From contig CBDCUO010000032.1 of the NCBI GenBank assembly GCA_965222705.1, forward strand, positions 116,308 through 180,307: a stretch of DNA of 64,000 nucleotides, read 5' to 3'. The notes under the pieces are model-generated. The model had not been told where the DNA came from, made no database searches, and saw nothing but the letters and a program-made list of their open reading frames with translations. The DNA comes from Saprospiraceae bacterium. Its GTDB lineage: Bacteria; Bacteroidota; Bacteroidia; Chitinophagales; Saprospiraceae. Positions 1 to 9,989 of this stretch are shown here, in pieces. How positions within the stretch are numbered: the stretch's first letter is position 1; each line of letters opens with the position of its first letter. The translations under genes were made by a program, and so were the position numbers.

Positions 1-1458
1 CTCCCACGACTACGACTACTTATACGGTGGTCGCAATGAATGCTCAGGGTTGTACAGGAAGCGATCAGGTCACTGTATTCGTAATGCCAGGGGAAGATAT
101 TGTTGCTTGCCCTGACAAATTTATCTGTGGTGGTGGAAGCGTAAGATTGACCGTGAATGGTGGAGTAAGTTGGGTCTGGAGCCCAGCTACCGGTTTGGAT
201 AATCCAAATATAGCTGCACCGATTGCATCTCCAACTGTTACAACACTTTACACCGTAACAGGCACAGATGCCAATGGTTGTACGGATACAGATGAAGTAT
301 TAGTAATAGTAAATGGAAATATTGCAGCCAATGCAGGGCCGGATGTAACCATATGTCAAGGCAGCTCTACTAACTTAAATGCTTCTGGTGGAACGACTTA
401 CAGCTGGAGTCCAGCAACGGGTTTGAGCAATCCAAACATTGCTAATCCAACAGCTAGTCCTTTATTTACAACAACTTATACGGTAACAGTGACTAATGCA
501 GAAGGCTGTATCGGAACCGACCAAGTAACGGTTCATGTCAATAATATTGTGTTGATTAATGCAGGCTCAAATGTAACCATTTGTCGGGGAAGCGCTACTA
601 TTTTGAATGCTTCGGGGGGAACCAACTATTTTTGGATGCCGACAACGGGCTTGAGTAATCCAAACATTGCCAACCCAATTGCTAATCCAACAACCACGAC
701 TACCTACTGCGTAACTGTCCAGAATGCCAATGGATGTATGGGAACAGATTGTGTGACGGTAACGGTAAGAGATGGTGCGGAAGTAGTTGCTTGCGAAGAT
801 AAAACGATTTGCGCAGGAGGTAGTACGCCTTTGACTGTAACAACGGGCATTGCCTATTCCTGGAGCCCAGCAGCCTCTTTAGATAATCCAACGGTTGGTA
901 CACCAATAGCTAGTCCTCTCGTAACCACTACTTATACCGTGACCGTAACGGATGCCAATGGATGTATTGGAGTGGATCAGGTAGTTGTCAATGTAAACTC
1001 AGGAGAAGTCGCTAACGCAGGCAATGATGTCAGCATTTGTGCAGGTTCTTCTACACAGCTAAATGGATCAGGAGGAACGACTTATAATTGGAGTCCAACA
1101 ACGGGCTTAAGTAATCCATTCATAGCTAATCCAATAGCTAGTCCGACAACTACTACAACTTATACTTTGACGGTTAGTAATAATTCAGGCTGTACCGATA
1201 CCGATCAGGTAATTGTCGGTGTGACAAGTATGGCAAATGCCAATGCAGGCAATGATGTCAGCATTTGTGCAGGGGAAAGTACTCAATTAAATGCGACAGG
1301 CGGAATGACTTATAGCTGGAGCCCAACCACGGGCTTAAGCAATCCATTTATTGCTAATCCGGTTGCCAGTCCAATAACAACAACCATTTATACAGTAACT
1401 GCGACAACCAGTGGAGGCTGTGTAGCGACAGACCAGGTAATTGTTGGCGTTCATTCAG
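1..1458 (+). repeat. In-frame tandem array of ~228-bp (~76-aa) Ig-like modules inside the CDS
   Basis: The recurring peptide SWSP(A/T)TGL(S/D)NP.IA.P.ASP..TT.YTVT...GC..TDQV.V.V appears six times plus a partial copy at the window start. Confidence 0.8.
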
Positions 1459-3650
1459 CACCAACGATTTCACCAGTTATTTCTAATCCTAGTTGTTGTA
1501 ATAACGATGGCAGCATTACCCTAACCGTATTGGGCGGTTCAGGAAATTTTAGTTATAACTGGACACCAAATGTTTCCAACTCAAATAGTGCACAAGGTTT
1601 GGCAGCAGGAGAGTATAAAGTAGTTGTTACCGATAATATGGGCTGCGATGTAGTGGGCACCATTAATTTAGCACAAAATTGTAATACCTGTGAAGATATT
1701 GTTCCTGAAAGGTTGGTTTGTGTAGAAGAAGATGAAACCGTAAGTCAACTTTGTCTCCCAATTCGACAAGAAGACATCGGAAACTATGAAATTACGGCTG
1801 CCGGAACGATTCTTCATCCAACTCATGGATGTGATTTTGAAAACCTAAATGCTTACTCCTATTCTTTATTGCCAGGAGGAGGTAACGCTGGACCTTATAA
1901 AATTGATTCCTGGACAGTGAATGGAATTGTCTATAATGGCATGGTGAATAATATGAACGAGTTGACGACTTGGATGAATACCATTGATCCTACCGGAAAC
2001 TGGACACATAATTCACCTGTCCTGATTATTATGGGAGGACATCCGACTACTGTTTATGGCGATATGAAAATTACCCATCAAGCTACTTGGATTGAAACCA
2101 CCTTGAATCCAAATATTACAGGTGTAGCACAGGGAACATTGGTCGAGGTTCCATTGGGCAATGCAGATAGCGTAGTGGTTATGATCGAAAATAAAGAAGA
2201 TTGTTGCAAGGATATGATAGTTATAAAACGTTGTGGCACGACACCAGAAACTTGTACAGAAGAAATTATAACTGCACAGCTTATTGAAGCAGAAGTCAAT
2301 AATTGTAGTTCAGTTGGTACCATTTGTATTGAAATACCTTTACAAGAAATTTTAAATTATTCCTTTGCCGTAAATGGCAATGAATATGCAGGTGGTTTCC
2401 GAGGGTGTGATTTTGATACCATGTTTGCCTATACCTACTTTACAATGCCAGATATGGGAGCTAATGGACCCTATATGCTGCGATCTTGGCAAGTAGGTAA
2501 TCAGACTTATTCTGGTCAATTTAATACCATAACAGACCTGGTTAATCTAATGAATACTTGGGATCCAATTGGCGACTGGAAGCAGGAGGTTGCAACGGTT
2601 ACTATACAAGGTGGCCATCCTTCGGTCAATTATGGTGCTATGGATGTGGAGCAAATCAATACGGGTGCTTTTGCAATTCTTGAATTGAACACTAACCTCC
2701 TTCCAATGGGTACAGAACTATCTCTCAGCGTTGGAACACATGAGGTGCTAGTTACTAATAACTCTACCGAATGCGAGGATCGCTTTACAGCCATTATCAA
2801 CTGCGTGACAAGCCCCAAAGATGACTGTACGGATTTTATTACTGATGAAACGAGGGCTTACACCATTTCAGATTGTAGTGAAAAAGCAGGCTTTTGCGTA
2901 GAAATTCCATTTGCAGATCTGGGTAATTATACCATTGATCAAAATGGAGAGTTTTATACTGGAGAGATTGATGTTTGTACGACTGATGGGAATAGCATTA
3001 TGCTTTATGCTGGAGAAGGTAAACATATTTTCTTGTTGACCAATGAATTAACAGAATGTTCAGACGCTATTACTGTTAAAATAAGCTGTACAGAAGCAAT
3101 TGTTAATGGTAATAAAATGCCAAAGGCAGACAGGGATTTGAGTCGTACCCAGATGAATAGGCCAGTTGTTATTGACGTAGCTAGCAATGATAGGGCTATT
3201 GAATCAAGTACCTTGAGAATAATAGAAACCCCAAAATATGGCGAATTAATTATCAATCCCGATAATACAATTACTTATGAACCAAACGAGGGCTTCTGCA
3301 ATTCGCGACAGCCAGACTTCTTCCGATATGAAATTTGCAATGATTTTGGCTGCGATGAAGCAGGCGTGCAGGTGGTCGTTGATTGTAAACCGATTCGAGT
3401 ATTTAGTGGCTTCTCTCCAAATGGAGACGAGATTAATGATTATTTGAGAATTGATGGCTTGGAGGCTTATCCCAATAGTGTATTGAAAATATACAATCGT
3501 TGGGGGAGTGAACTCTTCTCCCAAAAAGGATACGCTAACAATTGGGATGGCACTTATGAAGGAGAGCCCTTGCCTCAAGGCACTTATTTCTATCTGCTAG
3601 ACGATGGAAAAGGCCATAAATATTCCGGATTCATACAAATTAATAGATAA
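1..3650 (+). CDS. Giant T9SS type-B-CTD surface protein, 5'-truncated by window edge
   Basis: The reading frame stays open to base 3 (PTTTTTYTV precedes the listed start), so the N-terminus lies outside the window. It has six full tandem ~76-aa modules (AGxDVxICxGSSxxLNxSGGxxYSWSPxTGLSNPxIANPxASPxxTTTYTVT), one SprB-type repeat (CCNNDGSITLTVLGGSGNFSYNW), 2.5 copies of a Cys-framed ~190-aa module and a cadherin/VCBS-like module. The C-terminus carries the gliding-motility CTD motif (FSPNGDEINDYL..IYNRWGSELF..NWDGTYEGEPLPQGTYFYLL). Confidence 0.85.
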   Translation, partial: PTTTTTYTVVAMNAQGCTGSDQVTVFVMPGEDIVACPDKFICGGGSVRLTVNGGVSWVWSPATGLDNPNIAAPIASPTVTTLYTVTGTDANGCTDTDEVLVIVNGNIAANAGPDVTICQGSSTNLNASGGTTYSWSPATGLSNPNIANPTASPLFTTTYTVTVTNAEGCIGTDQVTVHVNNIVLINAGSNVTICRGSATILNASGGTNYFWMPTTGLSNPNIANPIANPTTTTTYCVTVQNANGCMGTDCVTVTVRDGAEVVACEDKTICAGGSTPLTVTTGIAYSWSPAASLDNPTVGTPIASPLVTTTYTVTVTDANGCIGVDQVVVNVNSGEVANAGNDVSICAGSSTQLNGSGGTTYNWSPTTGLSNPFIANPIASPTTTTTYTLTVSNNSGCTDTDQVIVGVTSMANANAGNDVSICAGESTQLNATGGMTYSWSPTTGLSNPFIANPVASPITTTIYTVTATTSGGCVATDQVIVGVHSAPTISPVISNPSCCNNDGSITLTVLGGSGNFSYNWTPNVSNSNSAQGLAAGEYKVVVTDNMGCDVVGTINLAQNCNTCEDIVPERLVCVEEDETVSQLCLPIRQEDIGNYEITAAGTILHPTHGCDFENLNAYSYSLLPGGGNAGPYKIDSWTVNGIVYNGMVNNMNELTTWMNTIDPTGNWTHNSPVLIIMGGHPTTVYGDMKITHQATWIETTLNPNITGVAQGTLVEVPLGNADSVVVMIENKEDCCKDMIVIKRCGTTPETCTEEIITAQLIEAEVNNCSSVGTICIEIPLQEILNYSFAVNGNEYAGGFRGCDFDTMFAYTYFTMPDMGANGPYMLRSWQVGNQTYSGQFNTITDLVNLMNTWDPIGDWKQEVATVTIQGGHPSVNYGAMDVEQINTGAFAILELNTNLLPMGTELSLSVGTHEVLVTNNSTECEDRFTAIINCVTSPKDDCTDFITDETRAYTISDCSEKAGFCVEIPFADLGNYTIDQNGEFYTGEIDVCTTDGNSIMLYAGEGKHIFLLTNELTECSDAITVKISCTEAIVNGNKMPKADRDLSRTQMNRPVVIDVASNDRAIESSTLRIIETPKYGELIINPDNTITYEPNEGFCNSRQPDFFRYEICNDFGCDEAGVQVVVDCKPIRVFSGFSPNGDEINDYLRIDGLEAYPNSVLKIYNRWGSELFSQKGYANNWDGTYEGEPLPQGTYFYLLDDGKGHKYSGFIQINR

Positions 3651-3667
3651 TGGGAATGAAACCGTAA

Positions 3668-3701
3668 GACGGATTACCAATCCGTCCGCAGAGGCTTTTT
3701 T
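3668..3701 (+). terminator. Possible intrinsic terminator after the surface-protein gene
   Basis: An 8-bp stem GACGGATT/AATCCGTC with a 3-nt loop is followed after a 9-nt spacer by T6. The spacer weakens the call. Confidence 0.4.
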
Positions 3702-3847
3702 AATTAGATGAATTCTTCTAGGACCGAATTTTTTATACGGTGTTCATCCAAATTGAGAATAGCTGTTGGTCAAAATTTCGGCTCCCTCGGACTGTAAGAA
3801 TATAACAAACGGCTAAAAAAACAGATGTTCCTAAAATTGGTTGTTTG

Positions 3848-3879
3848 AGGGCTTGCGATTGAGCAAGCCCTTTTTCTTT
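3848..3879. terminator. GC-rich hairpin between convergent genes (possible bidirectional terminator)
   Basis: A 9-bp stem AGGGCTTGC/GCAAGCCCT with a 6-nt loop has a T-run on the + side and an A-run on the other side. It lies about 10 nt beyond the stop of the minus-strand transglycosylase gene. Confidence 0.5.
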
Positions 3880-3887
3880 AGTTAGGT

Positions 3888-4835
3888 TTATCCTCTGATA
3901 ATATTTTTAGATTTTTCTGCCACAATTGTATTATAATAATCAATAAAACCGTCCATTTTCACTTTTGGCAAAACTAAATAATTTCCCCGCGTACTATCGG
4001 GCAGCACCAATTGGCGATAAGAGGGATTTAGTCGTTTGATAATAGGAATTGGAATATCTAAAGCTTCTGATATTTGCTGAAAAGTTACTTTGTGATGGAT
4101 AGTAGCAATTTTTGTGAATTTTAAAAAATAATCCTCATCCGCTGGTTGCAAATTGTGTAAATGGTAATAATTCATTACATAAACCGCTGCTGCCAGTCTG
4201 TTTATATAATGCTGGGTTTGTTCTGGAAGATGCTCCTTGATTTCCCAGAAATCAGCTGCTTGCCCCAGGCGGATAGCTTTCTGTGCGCCGCCGCCGCCGC
4301 AGTTAAAGGCAGCAACAGCTAGGGTCCAATCCCCTAATAACTTATGCAAAAAAGTTAAGTATTTTATGGCTGCCTGAGTGGATTTAAGTGGGTCCCTGCG
4401 CTCATCTACCTGGTTATTGATAATAAGACCAAACCGCCTTGCGGTAGAGGGCATTAATTGCCAAAGCCCAACTGCTCCCACGCTGGAAATGGCATTGGGA
4501 CTCATACTGGATTCTATGACGGTCAGGTATTTTAGTTCTTCCGGTAAATTATGCGCCCTTAATTGTTTTTCAATAATAGGAAAATACATTTGAGCTCGAC
4601 CTAGTATTCGCCTCGTTCTGGGCCTTGCACGAATGATATAACTTTCAATGTTTTTCTGCACGATTTCGCTATACCTCAAATCCAATACGCCTGCCTTATC
4701 GAGCAGGCGGGCCTGGGTTTCGCGAGGGGATACATTATAACTGAGGCTTGATGAAAATGTAGAGTTTGCAAAAGAAAAATTGCAAAAAAGAAAGGTTAAT
4801 CCAGCTAGTATAGCTGAATACGCTAATCGGTTCAT
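3888..4835 (-). CDS. Lytic murein transglycosylase (SLT domain, MltD-like) with a degenerate LysM-like tail
   Basis: It has an N-terminal signal peptide (MNRLAYSAILAGLTFLFCNFSFA). The SLT catalytic region is present (ESSMSPNAISSVGAVGLWQLMPSTARRFGL). The C-terminal segment resembles LysM. Confidence 0.8.
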   Translation of the reverse strand: MNRLAYSAILAGLTFLFCNFSFANSTFSSSLSYNVSPRETQARLLDKAGVLDLRYSEIVQKNIESYIIRARPRTRRILGRAQMYFPIIEKQLRAHNLPEELKYLTVIESSMSPNAISSVGAVGLWQLMPSTARRFGLIINNQVDERRDPLKSTQAAIKYLTFLHKLLGDWTLAVAAFNCGGGGAQKAIRLGQAADFWEIKEHLPEQTQHYINRLAAAVYVMNYYHLHNLQPADEDYFLKFTKIATIHHKVTFQQISEALDIPIPIIKRLNPSYRQLVLPDSTRGNYLVLPKVKMDGFIDYYNTIVAEKSKNIIRG

Positions 4836-5388
4836 GGAATAATAATTTGTTTACAATTAATTGATAATCAGTAGTCTGTGTGGGATAACTGATACAAATA
4901 ATTTTGCCTATTTAATACTTTGTTCTGGTAAAGATGCCTTTTGTAAAAGGCGAATTTTGGATATCGTTCGATTGAATAACGTAACCTAAATAGGGTAGTT
5001 TCAGAAAATGGCGAAAAATATATAAGAATAGCGCGAAATCGTAAGATGGGCTGTTAATTTATGCTGTCAAATACCGTAAAGACTGCTTCTTAAGGTCAAA
5101 GTTTTTACCAACAATCCACGTACCGCCCAGAGCCTAAATGCGTTAGAGAGCATTTTAAGACACTAATAATCCAGTTCCTTGTATCTTTTGGGTCGATAAG
5201 TGAGTTTACGAATTGCTAGCAAAGGGTAACCTCTTTTTAGGTAAATGTGGCAATTCATTGAAACCAGGCAGATAGATACTGAATAATTCTTTGCTTGTTA
5301 TTTAGTAGTACTTTTATGCTAAAATTTCGATTGAAAATTGGTACACTAAGAAGAGGAGGACGGACAGAAGTAAATAATTTTCCTACCT

Positions 5389-8300
5389 TTAACGAGTCGC
5401 TTTAATTCGCGCTACGAACTGTCTCGCCGATCCCGGATTTAAGGGTTGGATCTCATAATTTTCGCCGTCTGGCATTTTAATGATGGTTTCTTTTTTCTTT
5501 AAACTAGCCAAGGCATCGTTATATCGGGTATTATTAGAAACCGTACTCAGGATGCCTCCTCTGTAACTAAAGAAATAAAAATACTCGCTGGGTGATTTGA
5601 TATAGATATAAACGCGATCGTCTCCATTGGAAGGCATTTTGAATTCTACATAACAAGTCAAGTTTTTATTAATCATGTCCACACCAATACTGCCTAGCCC
5701 TATGACATCTTTGGAGGACACAAACGATTGATAGTCAGGATCCCACTTCATAAGTAAGTCACTAAAAAAGAAAGTGTGGTGCTTGTACTTTTTTGGAAAA
5801 AACAAGGTTCTGTTTTTCATAATATTGACCGTTTCATTGAGTTCTGTATCGTTAAGAAGGAAATTTGAAAGGGCCTTTGTATAAAACGCTTCTTTGTTAG
5901 AATAAGCAATATCGGTGGCATCAAAACTGCTAGAAACAATATCGTTGACCACAATTCGAAGCAGGGAAGGGGGAATGGTCATATCCACTCCGGCCATCAT
6001 ATTAGCTACGACCGGAGCATCAAAAGTGCTGGAGTCTTGTTCGTTTGGATAATGCGTTTCAATCTCTCCTGCGGCTTTGATGCTGATATAGTCTAAACCG
6101 TCTCCAATGTTGAGCGGGCCTTCCCCCTTTACCTTTCCCGTTTTGTTGGAAAAAGTCAATAGGCTGCCTCGCAGTTTGTTTTCAATGACTTTAGTAGAAT
6201 CCCCAAAAATAAATTCATCTTTTGCTTTGTCATATTTGAATAAACCCGTTACAGGAAGAATTGGGCGATCTTTTCTAAAGAATAAGGGCATCATGGTGCG
6301 AGCATAGATGCGGGTGTTTTCTTTGCTCAGATAGAATCCCGTTCTAAGGGGGGTCCCTTCATAATTTTTAGGGACCTCGTAGGTAATAGTTAAATCATCT
6401 TTATCGCCTTCACTATTGATGGTAAACCATTGCGGGTCAGGCATTAAGGGTGCGTCGAACTTAGCAAAACCTTCGAATTGTAAATTTTTGGAAGAGGCGA
6501 ATAGCGAAATATCCCCTCTAAACTGTGTCTTTATATCAATATAAAAATTGTCTTCTTCTTTAATGGTTCCCTTGGCTCTGGTTTCGGTGCCTTTTTCGCT
6601 TCTTTTGCCTTTTCCAACCCGACTTCCTGTTATGTTTGAAAAATAAATTTCCTGTTTTTTATTGCCAATGTTATACTCATAATACCCATCCGCTGAGAAC
6701 TCTTTTCGTCCAGTAATATCAATATTGACGCGATTGATCACATGATTTTTATTTAGGGTATCTGCTACAATTTTGGCATTGGTGAGTCTTTTCATATCGC
6801 CATTGGGTTGGATGGTAATATCACCCGTTTCGGGGTAAATGAAAGCATCACAAGAGCGAATTTCCGATACGCCACCGATTTCCAACTGGCTGTTTTTTAA
6901 ATTGTAAAAAGCACTTTTTCCAGGAAAGGTGAGCGAGTCCTTGGCAGGGTGGATGGAGGTGAAATCGGCGTAATCATTTCTTGCGGATTTAAAAATGATC
7001 GTTTCGTCTTTAATATCCCATTCAAACTCATCCATAGTGGTAATGTACTGATTGTAAGGGAAGTAGGTGATGCCGATAGCTGCGTTGGATTTGAATGTAC
7101 CCAATTGTTTATCAAAATCAACTTCTCCCTTTAGATTAGAGGTTTTTAGGGCCAGCGCGTCGGCTTCCAGCGCTTTAATTTGAATATTCATCGTATCTGA
7201 TCGGGCAGAGAATGAGCCGAAAGAAAATTCATCTGAAGACATATTTGCTTTTTCCCAATTTAATAAGCCACTTCCTTTTAGCCCTGAAGGGGTCAAAGTA
7301 GCCAGTCCACTAAATTTATAATCTCCTTCTTTGTACAAGTCAAAGGGCAATTCTTTCGTGCGGATGTTCATACTATCACTATAAGGCAGCCAATTGATCC
7401 TTACATCCAAACCAATTGCCTGCGGGATTTCTTTAGAGCGATCTTCTTCCAGATCAAATCTTTCTGCACTGGCAGTCATTTCTTCTGGTTTAAATACAAA
7501 GTCATCAGAGTTGACAAGGGCTCCTAAATAAGTCAAAGTGCCTTTTCCTTGAAAGCCCTGGTTGCTTAAGTCAATTGCTCCCTTATAATTGCCGCGGTTT
7601 CGGTAGATAGGGTAGCCTGCTTCGGGCGTTTTGGTTAGAAAGCCCAAGGATTGATCTTCTTTTAATATTAACGTTTCTTCAAAATCGGGGAATATGCCTG
7701 CGCTAACAATTTTGCCTTTAAAATTTAAATCTGCTCCCTGAAATTTATCCAAACTATTAAAACTGAAGGGCTCTAATTGAAAGTAAAAGGAGTCTCGATT
7801 ATAAACGCTATCTTGGTCATAGAATACATAAGAATCGGCCTTGCTTTGGAAAGAAGGAAAGATGCCTATGTTTTGACTGCCAGATTTATTAGAAGGAGCA
7901 TCTATTAATAAGTAACCACTTAGGTATTCGATTTCGCTTCCAATGGCTTTGGCGATAGGGTTGCCTTTTTTGTCCCTTTCTTCAGTTGGAACAAATAAAT
8001 TAAAATAATGAACTGAGTCCATTTTAATATTAAACATGTCGTAATTAAAAGCAAAGCCTTTGCCCTCAAATACACCATAAGCAGCAAATAGTCGGCCGTC
8101 AAATTCCATATTTCGATTATCCTTGACGATTAGGGTTTTATTGGTAGGGATGGCCCCGACCCGCTGTTTTTTACTAAACTCTATATTTTTCACCCCATTG
8201 ATAGCCATATCTTTATGTTTTAAATCCATAATAGCATTGGCATCGTTGGATGCTGATGTTATTTTTAGTAGGTCGTAATCTACTTTTTCCCTACTAGCAT

Positions 8301-9870
8301 TGGCATAGTGAAACACTTTGTCTTTTACATCAATCAACTCAGATTCTTTATCGTATTTAATAAACCCTTTGGAAACCATATCGTACAGCAAAGGCTGAAT
8401 ACTGCTAATATTGAAGCGAGAATTTAGGCGTTTGGCGTATAGTCCGGCATCGACTTGTTTAGAGCCTTCCATATCGGAAAAAACTTTTAAGGTAGAAATG
8501 GGATTAACTGCTCCAAAACTTTGTAGCCTTTGATAATCACCAGCAGAAAAATATTTTAAAGACTCAAAAGCCACTTCTTTCTTGCTATTCTTGCCAACAG
8601 CTATCGCCTTCTCTCCTATGGTAATCGAATCTCGGTCAATATACCAGGTAACTTTGTCTGCATCTATATTAATTTGGTGAAAAGAGGTGAAAAAAGGATT
8701 TCGATCGCTGCCTCTTTCTCCTCGACTAAAGGACAGAATTCTATTAATAATGTCAAAACGCAAATTAACAGAAGGATGAACAATCGAATCTTCCTCTACA
8801 AACAATTCAATTTCTACCCTTTCTCCAGTAATCAATTCTCCTTTTTGAATAATAAAATTTTCTGCATTGGCCCGAAAAATTAATTTTTCATTTTCATCGA
8901 AAAGCAGAATGCTGGCAGGCGCTTCTTTTGAACCACTTCCGAGGACATTTGTGCCGTGTAATTTAAAAGAACCAATGTATTTTATCCCTGGGCCCAGGTT
9001 GTCAATTTCTAATACTTTTTTAAAGTTGAATCGAGGGAAAGATTTTATTTGTTCAGAAGCGACTAATTTGTCCTGGAAAATTCCTTTTATAGAATCTTGA
9101 AACATAGTGGGATAATAAAGCACTGCCTCTGCTACCTCATAGATCGTATTTTTTACATTGATTTCGTATCTGCCCAAATTGCAATAATGATCGGTTGATA
9201 AGCTGTGTCGTTCCCAAGTGACTTGTCCTTTTGTCCCTTTCCAAATATTTTCTAGGGGAAAAAAAGTTCCTATCGTTTTTTGAATGTAAAGAGAGTCCGT
9301 TTTTCGGGAAGCCAGCAAATCTAACTGATTAAATAAGACTTGGGGCGTTTTCTCTTTATAAATCAAATTGAAAGAATCCGCTATGGCATACCAGGAAACA
9401 CCCCCGCTTTGAGAATATTTTAAAGCATTTTGTTCAAACAAGTTCGCCGAAAATTCTAAATAATCTTTGATGGGGTTTAACCTTCGTCGCTCAATGTCCG
9501 TCATCATGCTTGATAAGACTTCATGCCATTCGATGAATCGCTGCGCTGCATTTTGCTGAGTTTTTATAAAAGTCAGCCCTTTTAAATAGGCGCTAAAATA
9601 GGGGCTGGCGGTCATTTTTAACTGAAGCATTCTGTTGCAAGTGTGTTTGATCGTATCTTGCTCCTCTACTGTAAAAGTGCCGCCCCGAAATTGCTTGCCA
9701 AACTCCTCAAAAATCTCCTGCATGACTTTTCGCTTGCTGGCGGTCATATAGTCTTTTAATTCCTCAAAAAACTGATTTTGATTTTCAGAGAAAGCTTCCA
9801 GGCGTTGGGCATTGCCAGCGAATAAAAAGGTGGTAAGTAAAAGAAAAGTGGTAAAAGCTTTTTTAGGCAT
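5389..9870 (-). CDS. Large (1493 aa) exported protein of unknown function
   Basis: This is a long uninterrupted ORF with an ATG start and a signal-peptide-like N-terminus (MPKKAFTTFLLLTTFLFAGNAQ). I recognise no catalytic motif. The composition is beta-rich and repetitive. Confidence 0.75.
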   Translation of the reverse strand: MPKKAFTTFLLLTTFLFAGNAQRLEAFSENQNQFFEELKDYMTASKRKVMQEIFEEFGKQFRGGTFTVEEQDTIKHTCNRMLQLKMTASPYFSAYLKGLTFIKTQQNAAQRFIEWHEVLSSMMTDIERRRLNPIKDYLEFSANLFEQNALKYSQSGGVSWYAIADSFNLIYKEKTPQVLFNQLDLLASRKTDSLYIQKTIGTFFPLENIWKGTKGQVTWERHSLSTDHYCNLGRYEINVKNTIYEVAEAVLYYPTMFQDSIKGIFQDKLVASEQIKSFPRFNFKKVLEIDNLGPGIKYIGSFKLHGTNVLGSGSKEAPASILLFDENEKLIFRANAENFIIQKGELITGERVEIELFVEEDSIVHPSVNLRFDIINRILSFSRGERGSDRNPFFTSFHQINIDADKVTWYIDRDSITIGEKAIAVGKNSKKEVAFESLKYFSAGDYQRLQSFGAVNPISTLKVFSDMEGSKQVDAGLYAKRLNSRFNISSIQPLLYDMVSKGFIKYDKESELIDVKDKVFHYANASREKVDYDLLKITSASNDANAIMDLKHKDMAINGVKNIEFSKKQRVGAIPTNKTLIVKDNRNMEFDGRLFAAYGVFEGKGFAFNYDMFNIKMDSVHYFNLFVPTEERDKKGNPIAKAIGSEIEYLSGYLLIDAPSNKSGSQNIGIFPSFQSKADSYVFYDQDSVYNRDSFYFQLEPFSFNSLDKFQGADLNFKGKIVSAGIFPDFEETLILKEDQSLGFLTKTPEAGYPIYRNRGNYKGAIDLSNQGFQGKGTLTYLGALVNSDDFVFKPEEMTASAERFDLEEDRSKEIPQAIGLDVRINWLPYSDSMNIRTKELPFDLYKEGDYKFSGLATLTPSGLKGSGLLNWEKANMSSDEFSFGSFSARSDTMNIQIKALEADALALKTSNLKGEVDFDKQLGTFKSNAAIGITYFPYNQYITTMDEFEWDIKDETIIFKSARNDYADFTSIHPAKDSLTFPGKSAFYNLKNSQLEIGGVSEIRSCDAFIYPETGDITIQPNGDMKRLTNAKIVADTLNKNHVINRVNIDITGRKEFSADGYYEYNIGNKKQEIYFSNITGSRVGKGKRSEKGTETRAKGTIKEEDNFYIDIKTQFRGDISLFASSKNLQFEGFAKFDAPLMPDPQWFTINSEGDKDDLTITYEVPKNYEGTPLRTGFYLSKENTRIYARTMMPLFFRKDRPILPVTGLFKYDKAKDEFIFGDSTKVIENKLRGSLLTFSNKTGKVKGEGPLNIGDGLDYISIKAAGEIETHYPNEQDSSTFDAPVVANMMAGVDMTIPPSLLRIVVNDIVSSSFDATDIAYSNKEAFYTKALSNFLLNDTELNETVNIMKNRTLFFPKKYKHHTFFFSDLLMKWDPDYQSFVSSKDVIGLGSIGVDMINKNLTCYVEFKMPSNGDDRVYIYIKSPSEYFYFFSYRGGILSTVSNNTRYNDALASLKKKETIIKMPDGENYEIQPLNPGSARQFVARIKATR

Positions 9871-9989
9871 GTCGGATAAATTTGCTGTTGGATATAATGG
9901 TTTTTTTGAAGCAAATCGAGCGCATTATTGTTTTGTGGGGATTTTTCCTTTTGTAGAGTCACTTGGGGAAAACAGATGCTTTGATCTAA

